A DNA stretch of 64,000 bases, from positions 1,178,001 through 1,242,000 of the forward strand of contig JAYWIR010000043.1 in NCBI GenBank assembly GCA_036172245.1, given 5' to 3'. The notes under the pieces were generated by a model that worked only from the letters and a program-made list of their open reading frames with translations, searched no databases and was not told the DNA's origin. Origin of the DNA: Raillietiella orientalis. Its lineage: Eukaryota. Position numbers and translations under genes: made by a program. Of this stretch, positions 25,401 through 39,116 are shown piece after piece (position 1 is the first letter of the stretch; each line of letters begins with the position of its first letter).

Positions 25401-26384
25401 GTCACTACAGATTGAGCACACTTTTTTGCTACCTTTCGTTCCGAAATCAATGTCTGTTTGTTTCCTCAAACAAAAATTGCAATGAATTACAATGATGTGT
25501 GTAGTTGTGTGTAACTTTCCTCCTGATTTATCAACTGCATCAGCCCGGTTTGGTTTCTTTCCAAGATGAAACCATAAACGTTTGGCATTAGGTTGATGAT
25601 TTCTCTCTACTGTTTGCTCTACGTTTTCGTGGGCTGAGTAGAACTTCTTTGCCCTGGGAGAAAAGTGGGGTGAAAAATAGCCGATCGAGATTCGATCATG
25701 AAAATAAAACTAGGAAAGTGGATTCCCCCATTTCCAATGTTCCAACGGAATCAGAAGGCTGACTTTTGAGATCCATCCTGCAGAGGACTCCCATCTTCGA
25801 AAATACACACAGAAGCCGGCCAGTATGCAATTCACAAAAAGAATCTGTGGAGTTTGGACAGTGTTTCTTGGAATCCAGTATACGTGAATTTCTAAAAAAG
25901 GCTGTAGATGACAAAAGTAGCTGGAATACTTGGAATCAAATCCCTGCAAAACTGGAGAGAGAAAAGAGAAGAGAAGAATGGAAGAAAAGAGAAGAAAAGC
26001 ATGGAAGAGAAGATAAGTTTTCTCCACCCGTGAGACACAATACCGGGAGGGAGGTATCCGGAATCGGATCTGTACCTAATTTCCCGACAGACCATAGGAG
26101 TTTAAAACATTCAAGACATCGATGCCCTCTTAAGTCCTTAAGCTTGTTTGAGCCTATCTGACTAGTTTTGCAGTGATAGAAGGATCTCTCCCTTTCATAA
26201 CATCCGTCTCCCTTTCGTGTTTCCCTCTCCTTTTTCGAGAACACGGGTTTCCTCCTGGTCCGGCTGGAGGAGCCCTGGGGGGACATTTCCGCGCACCCCC
26301 ATGGGCCGGAATGCACTCGTGTGGAAGGGGATTGGTCGGCTGGTCACAATTCCCTCCACTTTACCTCGGCTGACGTTTCCAGAG

Positions 26385-27328
26385 TTTTCTTTTTTTTTTG
26401 GTTCGCTAAGTACCTCAGAGCCGATCGCGTGCCTCGCGGCGCACGTGGCTCTTTTTACACATTAAACACACTGTTTTGTTTCCACGCCTGTCCGCGGCAA
26501 CCCGTAGGAGGGCGTATAATTCTTCAGTGTAATTCTTCAGGACAGGGGGCACCCCGGGATGGGGGTCCGCCCTTTGAATCCAGGAAGGGCTCGGAGTTTG
26601 TTCCTCTCACGCTTGGGGAGGGATCCCCTCGGACGGGGGGATCGCACCTCCCACCCTGGTTGTCTCCGAAGGGGGAACCCCGAAGGGAATCTCCTTCCTC
26701 ATTCTCTCCGGAGGGACACTCCCCTAATCGGGGTGGTCCTCTCCATTTCAAGTTCTCCGAAGGGAACTCGGAAAGGATCCGCTAGCGGGAATTTCTTCTC
26801 CGGAGAGAACCCGCAAGGGAACCGCTCCTGTTCACTCCTCTGAAGCGAACCCCGAAGGGACGCTTCCGAAACTCAGAAGGGGTGCTGCAGCTTCCCGCAG
26901 GGAATCGCTCTCGCTTGCTTCCTTGTGCACACTCTGTGAAGAGGCGACGACTCGGAGGGTCCCACCCGCAACGGGGAGGATCCGCTCATTTGAACAACTG
27001 GAGAGGTGCCCGTGGGGGCTCCTGCTCCATCTTGAAACCGGAGGGGTCCCTCGGTGGGGGGGTCCGCTCTCCATTGCACGACAGGAGGGGGAACTCCCCA
27101 CTCCTTGATTCCTGGGAGGACCCGACTGGGTCGACTCCCATTGTTCCGGCCTTCATCAGGGGCCTCCGGCTTAATCCCCCACCGATGCCACGCCCGAATG
27201 TCTCGGTCAACCAGCGCCATTGCAGGAGAAACTCGGAACCCAACGACGCAGTGGCGTCAGAGTTTCGAACGGAGTATTCGAACCCGCGACGCACGATGCC
27301 ACACGCGGAAGCCTAAACCACAAGGTCT
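26385..27328 (-). mobile_element. Long tRNA-headed SINE-like element, copy 2
   Basis: Reverse complement of ~40735-41697. B-box GGTTCGAATAC, A tail (T tract at 26390-26399 on +), 15-bp TSD CTGACGTTTCCAGAG at 26370-26384 and 27329-27343. Confidence 0.85.
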
Positions 27329-28299
27329 CTGACGTTTCCAGAGAGCACTCCTGGCTGCGCCCAGGAGAAAAGAAGCCAATGTTCTTTCAGCTTTTCTCTT
27401 CCTCCACTCAGCGCCGATCTTCCTGCTGATTAGCTGGGTTCTCCTAAAGTGGACTCGATGCACCTGATGCACCATATCTTCCACTTGTGGCAATGTGTTT
27501 CTCTCCAGATTTGCAGAATAGGCTAAGGAAACATCTCTGCCCGTTAGACGTAAGATGGAGCATCAACAGATGATAAATCCATGCCTTACAACAACAGCTG
27601 AGAGCACTGATTCCAATCTGGGTAAGAAATGGAATGCATTGTGCAGGGGAGCGAACAAAGGTCTGGAGCAGTGCACCGGTGTCAAAAGAATAGCTTTGTG
27701 AGAGACTCTGCTCTCATATTTCCCATCCCTTTTCTTCTGTTTTCATTTTTCCCGAGGAAGAAACTCTCCCCGTCTTCCAGAAAAAAGGTTTTGCTGATCA
27801 GGGTTGCCGATTTTCGCATTCGAATTCTCTGGAGCTTTCTCAACAAGTATATCACGCATCGTGTTCTTCAGGAAATCATGCAGCAACTCTGTAGACGTCG
27901 AGGCTTTCGAAAACCGACCAACAAAAAGAAAGAGCAGCAAGAATAGGAAGGTTGTAACGGAAAAAGAATAGTCCAATAACGACACTGAACATTCCGAATG
28001 TGAGGGAAGATGACACGTGAAGATTAAGTATCGAGCAGCATTGCATGCCATTCTTCATTCATTCCCTTTCTCCTTATGCTGAGTTGGTTTCCAAGATTTT
28101 TTTGTACTTTCATGCCATATTCAAGAAGCCGGGATGGGTAAATAAAGAGGTACGCTGGCCAATTCGGAGAAACGTTCACTAACGACACATGCAGCGGGAA
28201 TCGGGCCGCGATCACATGAAAGGAGGTCCGGAATTACTTGCCCTGGTACGGAGGAGCAAGACATTTGAAGTTTTCAAACCACGTGGGCAAGGTCTCCTA

Positions 28300-31200
28300 C
28301 GGGGAAAACATCACGAGAACGAAGCTCGACGAAAATGAGAGGATCCCGGAAGAGACCTAATAAGATGCAGGCAGGAGCCTGTATTCCGTGTTCACTGCAA
28401 TATTCTTTCGGCCAAAGGGTCGGTTCTTGCACGAGAGTCTGGTGTATACAGCAGGAACACTTGCTAAGGTCATGAACCCAGCCGCAGCTGTGTTGTCTCT
28501 AAAGGCTGCTGGAACACGCAAAAAAGTGATGTTGGGAGTACATCTATTGGCGTGATGCAAGGGGGGATTCCTCGCATCCCTGGGCAATCCTGGAAGGAGC
28601 GAAATAAGGAGAAAATGTTCACGGAGGAAACCGCCATAACGGCGGCGGAATTCTCCGAAGTAGAACCAAAGAAAAGGAAGAGAAAGTTGCGCGATAGGGG
28701 TTGCAGCAGCCCTTCGATGTGCCGGCGGAAAGCGCCACGATCAGCGAGGAGCTGGTGAAAATGAAGGAATGTTCGGGAATAACAGAGCAACTAAAGGAGG
28801 CCGTGCGATCAGGAATCAGCAGCGAGGAGAAGAAGGAGGCTCTGCGCCTACGCCGCGAACTCCGAAAAGACTGTCAACCAGTGCGCTTCCGGTGTCGAAC
28901 ACCGCGTCAAGATGAAAAAAGGGAAAAAAATGCTAATTGACTTGAAGGCCAATTACAGCAAAACGGTGAGTCGAAGCGGAAAAATCGAGAAAATCAAGAA
29001 GGAAGAATCGGACTAAGTGGAGTCTGAAAAAGCGACATTGACCAGCAAAGACCTTGACAATAGGGAGGTAACCGCTGTCTCCTAAGCAGACCAAGATCCA
29101 AGAAGACCCAGATCCCTAAACAAATCCCGACGGTTTCTGCCTTGCCGATGTCTAGGAGCGTCCAGATCGCTCTCGAAACATCAGCAGCTGGTGAAGCCAG
29201 GAAAAGCGAGTACGCATCACGCGAACCGTCGTGCGTGAGCACGCTGTGAGCCTCCAGAAGACCCACCGATCTGATTCACTCGAACTCGATCGACAGACGC
29301 TCAGCCGTTCGTGAGTGCCGGCGAGAAGAACATGAAAAGACTAGCAATCTTTGTGAAGAATGAGATCGCCCGCACAATCCTGGAAATGTTTTCTCCGTAG
29401 GCCGGCTGAGCCGTCAGAGCTGGCGTGTCCTGGTCAGGAGGCGTGCACTGTTCCTGGTGAACGCACACGGAGACATCGATGTGCAAAGTCTCTTGCCCAG
29501 CAAGGCATCACCGCAGGACATCGTTGTGGGCAACCTCAACGTTTTGAGGCATGCCAACAGCAAAAAAGATTCCTGAGGAAGGAAGGAGTATCGGCAGCTA
29601 TTCGAGGTACTAAGGATGCTGTGGCTAACGGTAGCCACAAGTCAATCGACCACCTCCTGCGCAACGAGGACATAGGAAAGCGCATGCAGGGATTCCAAGA
29701 TGCGCAGACTCTGCTCTCGGAACACTCGCTGCTGCGGTTCATTTTGAAAACGGAGAACCCTCGGGGGAAAAGTTGCTTCATCTGCGCTTCTTATGGTTTG
29801 CAATGCTTCCCTGGAAGTCGCCAAGGAGATTTTTCTGCCAAGCACCACTATCCGGAGAGTTGCCGACTGTGACAGGTTGAAGTACATGATCCACCTTTTT
29901 TGCAGATTCCGAAACGGAGACAGGAAGATGAGGCAGGAAGCGTACTGGGACCTGAACATCCGAAACCACTCTCTCTCTCGAAGTACTGGGACCTGTGCGA
30001 GAGGCAGGACGTCTGCCAAACCGTCAAGAGAGAAATCAACATGCTGGAGAAGAAGAATATCACTACCGATATCTTCTGCAGCCAGCACGACGATGAATTC
30101 CGTCGCACGTCGAAAAACACCGTGGGAGCAGCTCCATCTTCTGACGCCAAAAGATGTGTGCCGTGCAGCAACAGGTGTTTTTGCGTCATCTCCAGCAGAG
30201 ACTCACAGAAAGATCGGCTTAGCGGAGGAATCTCTTTGGAACAAGTGAAAACCACGTTTGCACGATACGCAAGGATTATGCAATGATATGGCAAATCGAT
30301 CCCAATAGCGTAGCCCATCTCCCACCATCAACGGTACCTGCACGCTTATCTGCGTTCTGTTCCGCAAGCCCACGCTAGGAAACCAAGAAGGATAGAGGCT
30401 CTCAGAGTAGCTTCAAGCAAGCAGGATGCGATCACTTCCCAAGAATGGCGATCTGACGAATCTCAGTAGAGGAGAATATCCATCGTCATCATAGAATATC
30501 CATTCGGATCCTAGACCTAGATTCGGACGCCAAGTGGTTGGCCAGGGTTTCGACCAGCCGCTTAGCACGATTTTACTATCAGTGATCTACGACGCAAAAG
30601 TGCACATGCATCATGTCGGACAATGAGAAGTGTACCCAGGCCAACATGGCTACAGCTGGTACGTCGACCAAGACCTGGTGCCGGGTTTGACGGATATGAA
30701 GAAGGCTTTTACTGAAGATGGACCGGACTTCCCAAGGTACTCCAGCCTGTACGCGGAAAGAATAGTCGAAGGGCAAAACTTCAATAAATCGAGAAACAGA
30801 GAGGACGCAGATGCAATCTGGCTGGAGACGGAAATCGGCCAAGAAGAAGCCCTCGGTCCGATGTTGTTTGTGATCTACATGGAGATTATGTCGTCGATGA
30901 TCAAGACAGGCGACCACCATAAAGAAACCAGGATCGCTTACGACAGAGAGCGGATCCATCTGGCATATGCGGGCATTTTTCACTTCTTCCTGAAGGATGA
31001 TAGAGATTAGCATGCCTTTCTGGATATGGTCAGGTCCATAGAAAAAGGATTGGAGCTCAAAATTTACCTCCAGAAGTCGCAACTTTTGCCCAGTGAGATT
31101 TTTCCATACTCCCAGAGAAGGAATTCCGAGCGGTAACTCAGTTCCCAGCTCAAGTATCTGGGAACGCAAATCGGCGATGTTCCGGCATCCTTGACTTTGT

Positions 31201-31800
31201 GGAAACAAATCCTAGGGAAAACAAGAAAGGAAGAACCAAAGCACACCCTGGTCGACTCCAAAATAAGGCAGAGGGCCAAATCATAAAATAGCGTCCTACT
31301 TCTCAAGGTGCTCTACGGAGCGGCCTCCTTCCGAATAGAAAAAAAGACTCGGATGGAAATGGAGCAACTACAAGATGAACTACCGTGAAGGCGAGACTCT
31401 TGCGTCGATAAGAAGACGGTGGCACCGGAATGAAGGCTTTTGAACACTCCGTGCAAACCATGGACGCGCGACAACGCCTAGATCACCAACGATTGAGACA
31501 TGTGGCTGTTTGCGACTCACAGAGCCTACAACTCGAGTGATGTTAGCCCTATAGGTCAAACAAAAGAGTGGATAAACATCGATCCCACCAGGAAAAGAAA
31601 ACAATCATTGGTGAGAGCGGACCAATTTAAAATAGGGACTCACAACAAAGAAGTCTTGTAAGAACTTCTTGGTAATTCCTTGCTTCCTTTCCATCCCAAG
31701 GGAGACATAGCTGTGGATATACCAAAGGCCCACATCGACAATTCGGGACTGAGAACAGTTCGCCACCAATGGCAACTGCCCAAAAATGCGACTGCTACAC
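28300..31800 (+). mobile_element. Heavily decayed L1/Tx1-clade LINE related to element A (35284-39116)
   Basis: STTIRRVADCDRLKYMIHLF...DRKMRQEAYWDLNIRNHSLS, MLEKKNITTDIFC, DMKKAF, LGPMLFVIYME, HLAYAG and KYLG align with the ORF2 at 35901-37949. Many stops and frameshifts; ends approximate. Confidence 0.82.
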
Positions 31801-34800
31801 CAAGAGTGCACACACAAAGAACCCACAGAGCACGTCAAAAGTAGAGAAACTTATACACAAACAAGTGGTCTGGAAAACCACAAAAAAGAATGTTCGGGAA
31901 TCCATTCCAGAAAAAGAGAAAGAATCACACCCTTTCTCTTCGTCGGAGACCAGAAAGAAGCAAGTTGTGCTTCCGTCGACGGTTGGCTGCTGCTGTCTGT
32001 GGAAAAATGAGCCCCCCTTGGCGAGCGTGCGCTTGCGCGAGAGCGCCGAGGCGTGTCGGGGAGATGCAGGGCCAGCGACGAGACGGGAGGGCATCGCTGC
32101 TTCCACCTTCGGCGTCCCGACGACGTCACGCCGTCCGGCGTGCGCGCGCGTGCTCCAGCGAGCGCCCGCCTGGGGCCGGTCGTTGGCGCCACGCTTGCAG
32201 GCGAACACCGCCGTGGCGCTGCAGTCCAGCTGTTCTCTTCAAGCATGCGGACCAGCGTTGCCGGACGGACTGCGGAGAAGCAGGGAGCGCACCAGGATGG
32301 AGACGGTAAGTTCGAGGCAAAGGTTAGGCAGCTGCGGAACAAGCGGGCGTTCTTGCACGGAGACGGCGTTCTGGAGTGGAAAGCGGAAGGGGATCTGCTC
32401 GACCCGGGGCAGATGGTGGAGTTTCAGGTGCGGGACGGGGGAGGACCGGAACTGGGAAGGAGAGCAGCAACGTAAGGCGAGGCAGGTGCTGCAGGCGTCG
32501 CTCGCCTTGCCGAAGGAGGTGGGGGAGGGCGTTCGCGTCCGAGGAGGAGGGAAAGCAGGAAGTAGTCCTGTACTCAGAAGAAGAGGAGGACCAGGAGCGA
32601 CGGGATGCACAGCAGCCAGACGGTCGGGAGCACCGGGTGCGAGCGGTGGGCGCTCCTCCAGGCGACTGTTCGGAGCACCAGCACGGGAACCGGGATCACG
32701 TCGGCCGCACCACAAGGGGAGGAAGGAGGAGAAAAAAAACGGTTCATTTGCAGGAGCGGTCGAAGCAGCTGCGGAGGCGCTCCTCGATCTGGGAGTTGGC
32801 GCCTGCAGCAGGGAACGGCGGAGAGCAGCGTGACGGGAACTGCGCCGCGCGGCAACCACGCGGAGAGGCGGCGATTGCTGTGCTCTCCGAGCGCATTTCG
32901 AGAGGCGTTTCCGGGTGCCTTGGCCGTTCTGGCTCCGGTGTCGTCACCGATGTGGCACGCGCCTCGTGCCATCAGGAAGATGGAGGCGCTTCTGCAGGAG
33001 AGCGCTCCGCGTTTTCCGCTGAGGCACTTAGCGCTCTGCGCACCGTGCATCCGCTTCTTCCGCTGTCTTCTTTTCTTTCTTGTTGTGGCGAATAAAGGCT
33101 CCACAGCAGGAGCAAACGTTTGTACCGATCTCCGGGATTGTTGGGAAAAAGCATTTCTGTGTACGGAAATGCATAATGCGACCTCTACCGTAACGAAGGG
33201 GATTGTATGACAGGGTCCATCCATGCGGCCATTTCCATTGCCATTTCCACGTAGGGAAGACTTTGAAAACTCACGTGTATGCGGAACCACTTCGTGGTGA
33301 CTTGTATTGTAATGTATATATCGTGTACAATTGGAGAAAGTTCAATTTGGAATTTGCTTGCTCATCTTGGAATTTGTAACTCGTGTGAGCCTTTTCGAGC
33401 GACACTCACAAATCATTTCGCATATTTATTTGTCCATATGGAAGTGAACGCATGCGGTGAGGAGCGTTCGGAATTCCTCCTCCTTCTCGGATGCAATTCT
33501 CGTCGTCATGGCATCGAGGAGCTCCTCTCATCTGCAGACGCGTTTCCGTGGATTGCTGTTTGGCGCAGAAATTCCGTTCCTGCTGAACCTCAGGGGAAAT
33601 ACGGATGGATCCATAAATTCAAAAGCTTTTCTCTTCTATTACCGTGCATGCTGACGTTTGTTAGCAAGTGTGGCTCACGACAAGAAGTGAGTGATCTTTC
33701 CACCGGAGCAGCCCCTGCCGCGCTCACGTTGCGCGTTCAGCATCCCTGCCGCTCGCCCGCCTCCGAAGAGATGCGCTGGACCTCTGTAGTTCCTCAGGGC
33801 ACCTCACATCCGGCTGGTAGGCAACTGAGTGGCTTCTTGCACGCGCAGACTCGTAGTCGCGTTGTTCCTGCAGCGTTGTTCTTGCAGGGAATCAGTTAGC
33901 CGGTCGCAGGGGAGCGGTCGCCAAAGTGCAAGTGTTTCCAGAGCACTTGCGCCTCCTGCAGGTGGCGCGGACCGCTTCCTGCAACCACGCATTCCGGATC
34001 GCTGGCCGACAGGCGGGCAGGTGGCGGTAGCCAGCAAAGAGTGGGATACCGAGTAGCGGGCGTCCAGAGTCCTCTCTGAATGGGGGGGCGGGCAAACGAG
34101 GAACGAGCGACAGGAATGGCGTGCGAAGCCCCCGTCGTCTGTTTGGGCGGGTACGAGGGAGCAGAAAGGCGAGTCCCCTGCCCATTCCGTCGACCTGGTC
34201 GCGCGCGCCTGCACTCTCCCGTGGATGGGAGACCGACGTGCTCGGGGGCCGGCGGTGAGACTGCGCCCCCATCCCCCATCCCCCGAGACCGCCCCTGCTC
34301 CATCGGGGGACTCGAGCGTTGCACGCAAGCTCGGCGTTCGTGCTACCAGGCGGCGCGTCTTCCATTCAGCCTCGCGTCGAGGGGAGGATGGTGCGCAAGG
34401 GTGCAGGTCGGCAAGCAGTGGTGCCACACTCGGCACGCTGCTCCTTCCCGAGCCCGCCCCTTCGATCGAGCCCGCATCCCTTCAGCTTGTCGTTTCGAAA
34501 ACCTGGTAGTCTTCGAGAAGAACGCGCAATCTGGGAGCGTCGCGGAACTCCTACGCCCCTCAAAGTGAGGTCTGCACATGTTGAAGTAAAATTTCAAACT
34601 GCATTGACAGCGACGATATGGGAGGTTTTATCGCACACACCTGGTCATCCTCCGCCTGACATCTTCGAGCATAACGCATGATTTGAGCTGAAGAGAAAGG
34701 TGAAGAATCCAAGCCATCCTCCCATTGTGAGGATTGCTTGCACGTTGCTTCCAGTGAATCTTCTCTTCGTAGTCGGAGAAGCGGTAGAGTATTTTCTTTC

Positions 34801-35283
34801 AAACACAGATGCTTCAGTAAGTTCTTTGCAGTCGGCATAAACGTAAAAACGGTTTACCATCTTGCGGTAGGCAAGATCTTGTTAAAAGTCTACATCTGTT
34901 TACTTAAAGTATTGGTTAGCGTCTGATTTAAGGTGGGGTGTTTTCGCATCGTTCGTAATCCTCCTCAATTGGAAAGGTGAGTGGTCATACAAACTCATTA
35001 CTGATCTTGGAAACCGACTCAAGCGCATTCCCGCTACTATGGCTCTCCGTTGCCTACGCTGCAAACTCGAAGCATAGCAGGTGAACAGCGCACCGATGCC
35101 ATTACCTTCGGGCTAGGCGCCTCAGGCGAGGCTCAAATCACGTTGACCCACATCGCCTTCTAAAGAAAAAAAGGGTGCATCGCAGCGCGGGGAGCCACTG
35201 TGGTTTCATTCATTTAAAAGTGTGCATTTATGCCCATGCCCGTTCCTATATTCCACGACAGAAGTAGTCGCCACCATCCCTGA

Positions 35284-38200
35284 GGGATATAGAGCGAAAA
35301 CTAATCGCGCGAGCCGAACACTCTACGGAGGAGGCGGAAATAACCGACCTCACCGGAACGGAGAGTGACGCTGCAAGCGATAAACCCGCTCCTTCTTCAG
35401 TGTCTGGAAGAGCACGCTCTCCCAGACAGAAGAAGCTCAGAAAGGCCAAAAAGTAGGTCTTCCCCTTTATGGCCTCATTCCTATCGACCGCCAGGAGGCT
35501 GAACATCGCCTCCTGGAATGTAAACGGTTTAATCGACCAGACCAAGAGAAAGAAAATTGTGCGGACCATCGCACAACAGGACATCGCCTGCCTGCAGGAG
35601 ACCCACAAGTTGGGTATCGAGATCAGTCAGCGGATAGAACGGCGTTTCAATGGGCAGATGTTCGTCAGAGAGGGAGAACGGAACACGCAGGGTGTGGCGG
35701 TCTTAATCAAGAACCATTTGGCCCCCACTATCCTAGAAGTGTTCTGTCCCTTAGCTGGACGCATCATCGGAGTGCGACTGGCCTGGTCCGCTACTGTTCA
35801 CCTTATTTTGGTGAGCGTGTAGGGACCGCACAGGCTAAAACATCGTTGCGCGGAGTCGCTGCACGCAGCACTTCGGGAAAAGGTCGCGCCCAAGGACGTC
35901 GTGATCGTCGCTGGCGATCTGAACATCCTGGACGAAATTACACATTCCCAGGACGCCAGAGGAAGGTCGGCGTATCGGCGGCTATCCGACGAGTTCGGAC
36001 TGGTGTGGCGAACAGCAAGCCTCAAGCCGATCGATCACGTGCTCCACAGCACGGAATTAGGGAATCGCATTCTGGGTTTTCGCGACATACCCACCACCCT
36101 GTCCGATCACCCGCTAGTGCGCTTTTCCCTGAGGACGGAGAATCCTCGGCGAAAGCAAGGCACCAGGGCAGCGCTCATCAGCATGCCCGTCTGGTTCGAA
36201 ACACATCCTGGACATCAGGAGGTCCTGGAGGCGATTCTCAAAGCGACAACAATCCGAAGAGTCGCCGACTGGGACAGCCTGAAGCACAGGATACACCTGT
36301 TTGCGAATATGCAGTTTGGCGATAGACGATTGAGGCAGGAAGCATACCGGGAGCTGAACATCAAAGATCGCTCACTCTCCAAGTACTTCGAGGAGTACGA
36401 GAGTCGGTATGTCTTCCATAATGTAAAAGGGGAAGTCGGCGTGCTGGAGAAGAGGAATCTGGCAACAGATATCTTCTGCATCCAGTACGCCGATCAAAGT
36501 CGGCACACGTCTGAAGATATCGTAGATGCCTTCGAAAGGCATTATACGGAGCATTTTCGACGCGAACACCTGTGTTCGGCTACACAAAACACCTTCCTGG
36601 GCTATTTGGAAAAGAAGCTTGACGACCTCCAGCGGAAGAGACTGGAGGAGGATATTACCGAAGAAGAGGTGAAGACTGCGTTCGGTCAATTACGCAAGGA
36701 CGTGGCAGCAGGCCCTGACGATGTTCCCATCTCTCATTATCAGAGGTACCTGCACGCCTACCTACGTTTATTCCACCAGTTGACCCTCTGCATCCGACAA
36801 GAAGGACGACTGCCGGAGTCCTTCTACGAGAGCAGGACGAGATTGTTGCCGAAAGGAGGCGATCTGTCCAGGATAGCACAATGGAGGCCAATCTCGATCC
36901 TTAACTCGGATGCCAAGTGGTTGGCAAAGATCTGGGCCAACCGCTTAGGCAAAGTAATGTCGAGGCTAATATCTCCTGTCCAGACGTGTGCGGTACCCGG
37001 ACGTCACATGCTGGACAATGTCAAGTGCGCGCAGGCTATCGTGGGACTCAGCCGATACGTCGGAGAGAACCTGGTGCTTGCGTTCACAGACATGGAGAAA
37101 GCCTTCGACACCGTCGATGACGGGATGCTGCTGAAGATTCTGGAAAAGCTGGGACTTCCAGAATACTTCAGCATCTTCGTGCGAATGATCCTCCGGAATC
37201 AACGCTTCCGGATAAGGATCAACGGATTGGAAACGGCAGTCATTCGGATGGAGCGAGGAGTTCGGCAGGGCGACTCGCTAAGTCCGATGCTGTTCGCTAT
37301 CTACATGGAGGAGCTCTCTTCTTTCGTCGAGAAGAACGGACGTCTGAAAGGAGTAGAAATAGATGATCAGAAGCTCACCCATCTAGCCTACGCGGACGAT
37401 CTCCTCTTCTTCATAAGAGGAAAGAGGGATCAAGAAACGTTCCTGGACGTGGTGAGCCTTATGAAAGATGGATTGGGCTTGAAGATCAACGCCCAGAAGA
37501 GCCAGCTTTTGCCCGTCGGAATCCTGGATCTCTCCACCCTCACGGGGAGTGGATTCCGTACGGTAGATACGGCCAAGTACCTGGAAGTCTACATAGGCGA
37601 CGACTCCGCGTCGAAGCTATTGTGGACCGAGATCCTAGGGAAAACGGCCAAGGAAGCAGCCAAGTACACCCGAACTGACCTTGGAATGAAGCGAAAGGCC
37701 AACATATGGAACGGAGTACTCCTTCCAAAAGTGCTCTTCGGGGCGGCCCTCGCGAGGATGAACAAGGACACCACGAGGGAGTTCGACAAGCTGCAGAGAA
37801 AAACACTGTGGGGCCACTATCGCCCAAGAGTTCGACTAAAACCCCTGTCGTCCCAGGGAAGAGTGCGGTTCCGGGATGAAGTCGCTTGCACACTCCATAG
37901 AAATCATGGATACGCGACACATCCTGGACATTGCCACTCACTGGGATGACTGGCCGTATGCGGCGCACAGGGCCCACGCGTTGTTGTTGAACAAATAGAA
38001 AGGCCTGATGACTGCGCTGCTAGGCCGAGCAGGCGAATGGAAAAAAATCGACCCAACCTGGACGAGGAAGCAACGGCTGGTGCGAAAGCACAAAATCAAG
38101 ATCCTGCCGCGAGGCAGGGAACTCTGGCAGGAGGAATCCATCCTGGTGATCCCCTGGATGCTTCCGGTCCCTTCGGACACGAGAAGCTGGATCTACCGGC

Positions 38201-39116
38201 GGCCCGGAGTTACCCTGCAACGAATCCAGGAGTGGAGAAGAGGAGGTTACCTACATCATACTCGTATACTTCGGTATATAGAGATGATGTTAGGAAGGTA
38301 CACCCATATGACCCGCGAGGTGTGGATCAACCACAACGATCTCGCGTGGTCTAGGGTAACCAAAATAAACCTCAGAAGATTTATTCAAGAAAACGACCGA
38401 GACATCAGTGCCCTCCAAGAAGCAGCCGATCGCTACGAGTGTCATCGAATCAACCTGTTAGCGATTGGAACCACGCTCTGGAGGAGTGACCTACCGCCGG
38501 ACACGCAGGACAACCTCCTGATGTTTTATCATGGAGGAATCCAAAGCGGGTACAGGCTCCAGTACTTTACCGGAAGACGGGAAGATCGAGACTGCGTAGC
38601 ATGTGGCGACACCGACACAAGACTTCACGACTTAACGTGTCCCACATTGCTACACGACTGGCTGATCCTGAAAAGGATCATTGGACTCACCACCAGCTCC
38701 ACAATGGAGATCCTCACCGAATGTTTCAGGGAGATGGTAATGTTCCCTGTTACAATCCCATGGTGAGGACGACCATTGCCCTGTTCATCACCGCAATACT
38801 TGTGCGGTGGTGGAAGATGAGGAAAGCCAGAAGAGCCGCACCTCCGATGGAGATCCTTCAAGGACTCATCAAGAAGGAGATAGGCATCAGGAATTGTGGA
38901 CGAATCCATGCCTGGGCGTACCGATTCATCCTAAAGAGGATTGAAGACGACGCCCGGGACCAAACATCCGGAAACCTACCCTGAAAGCAGAACTTGTGAA
39001 ACCCCAGAGACTTCAAAGCGGTAATAAAGTGTCAGTGGTATGAATGAGATTGTAGTATGAATGAGTTTAAAATTGTAAAATAAATCTACCCCACCCCTTG
39101 TGGGACTTGGGGAAAA
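35284..39116 (+). mobile_element. Element A: 5'-truncated L1/Tx1-clade LINE
   Basis: 16-bp TSD TCGCCACCATCCCTGA at 35268-35283 and 39117-39132. Contains the ORF1 tail (stop at 35456), ORF2, AATAAA (39079), a terminal hairpin and AAAA. Confidence 0.92.
35469..38984 (+). pseudogene. LINE ORF2: APE endonuclease + reverse transcriptase + C-terminal Cys/His finger (inactivated)
   Basis: APE motifs IASWNVNGL, CLQETH, GVAVL, AGDLN, IDHVL, SDH. RT motifs WRPISILNSDAK, DMEKAFD, GVRQGDSLSP, YADD. Finger CVACGDTDTRLHDLTC. Premature TAG at 35820-35822 and frameshifts near 37850 and 38760. Confidence 0.93.

Noticed and set aside
31769..33290. Long overlapping ORFs (354, 239, 238 aa etc.) as protein genes
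   Set aside because: Open in most frames because of high GC; low-complexity Arg/Gly/Ala translations with no splice or domain support.
33850..34560. Decayed RLE-type retroelement end, weakly similar to 21090-21420
   Set aside because: Only faint ARLNG and LGIP/LGVP traces; too degenerate to call.
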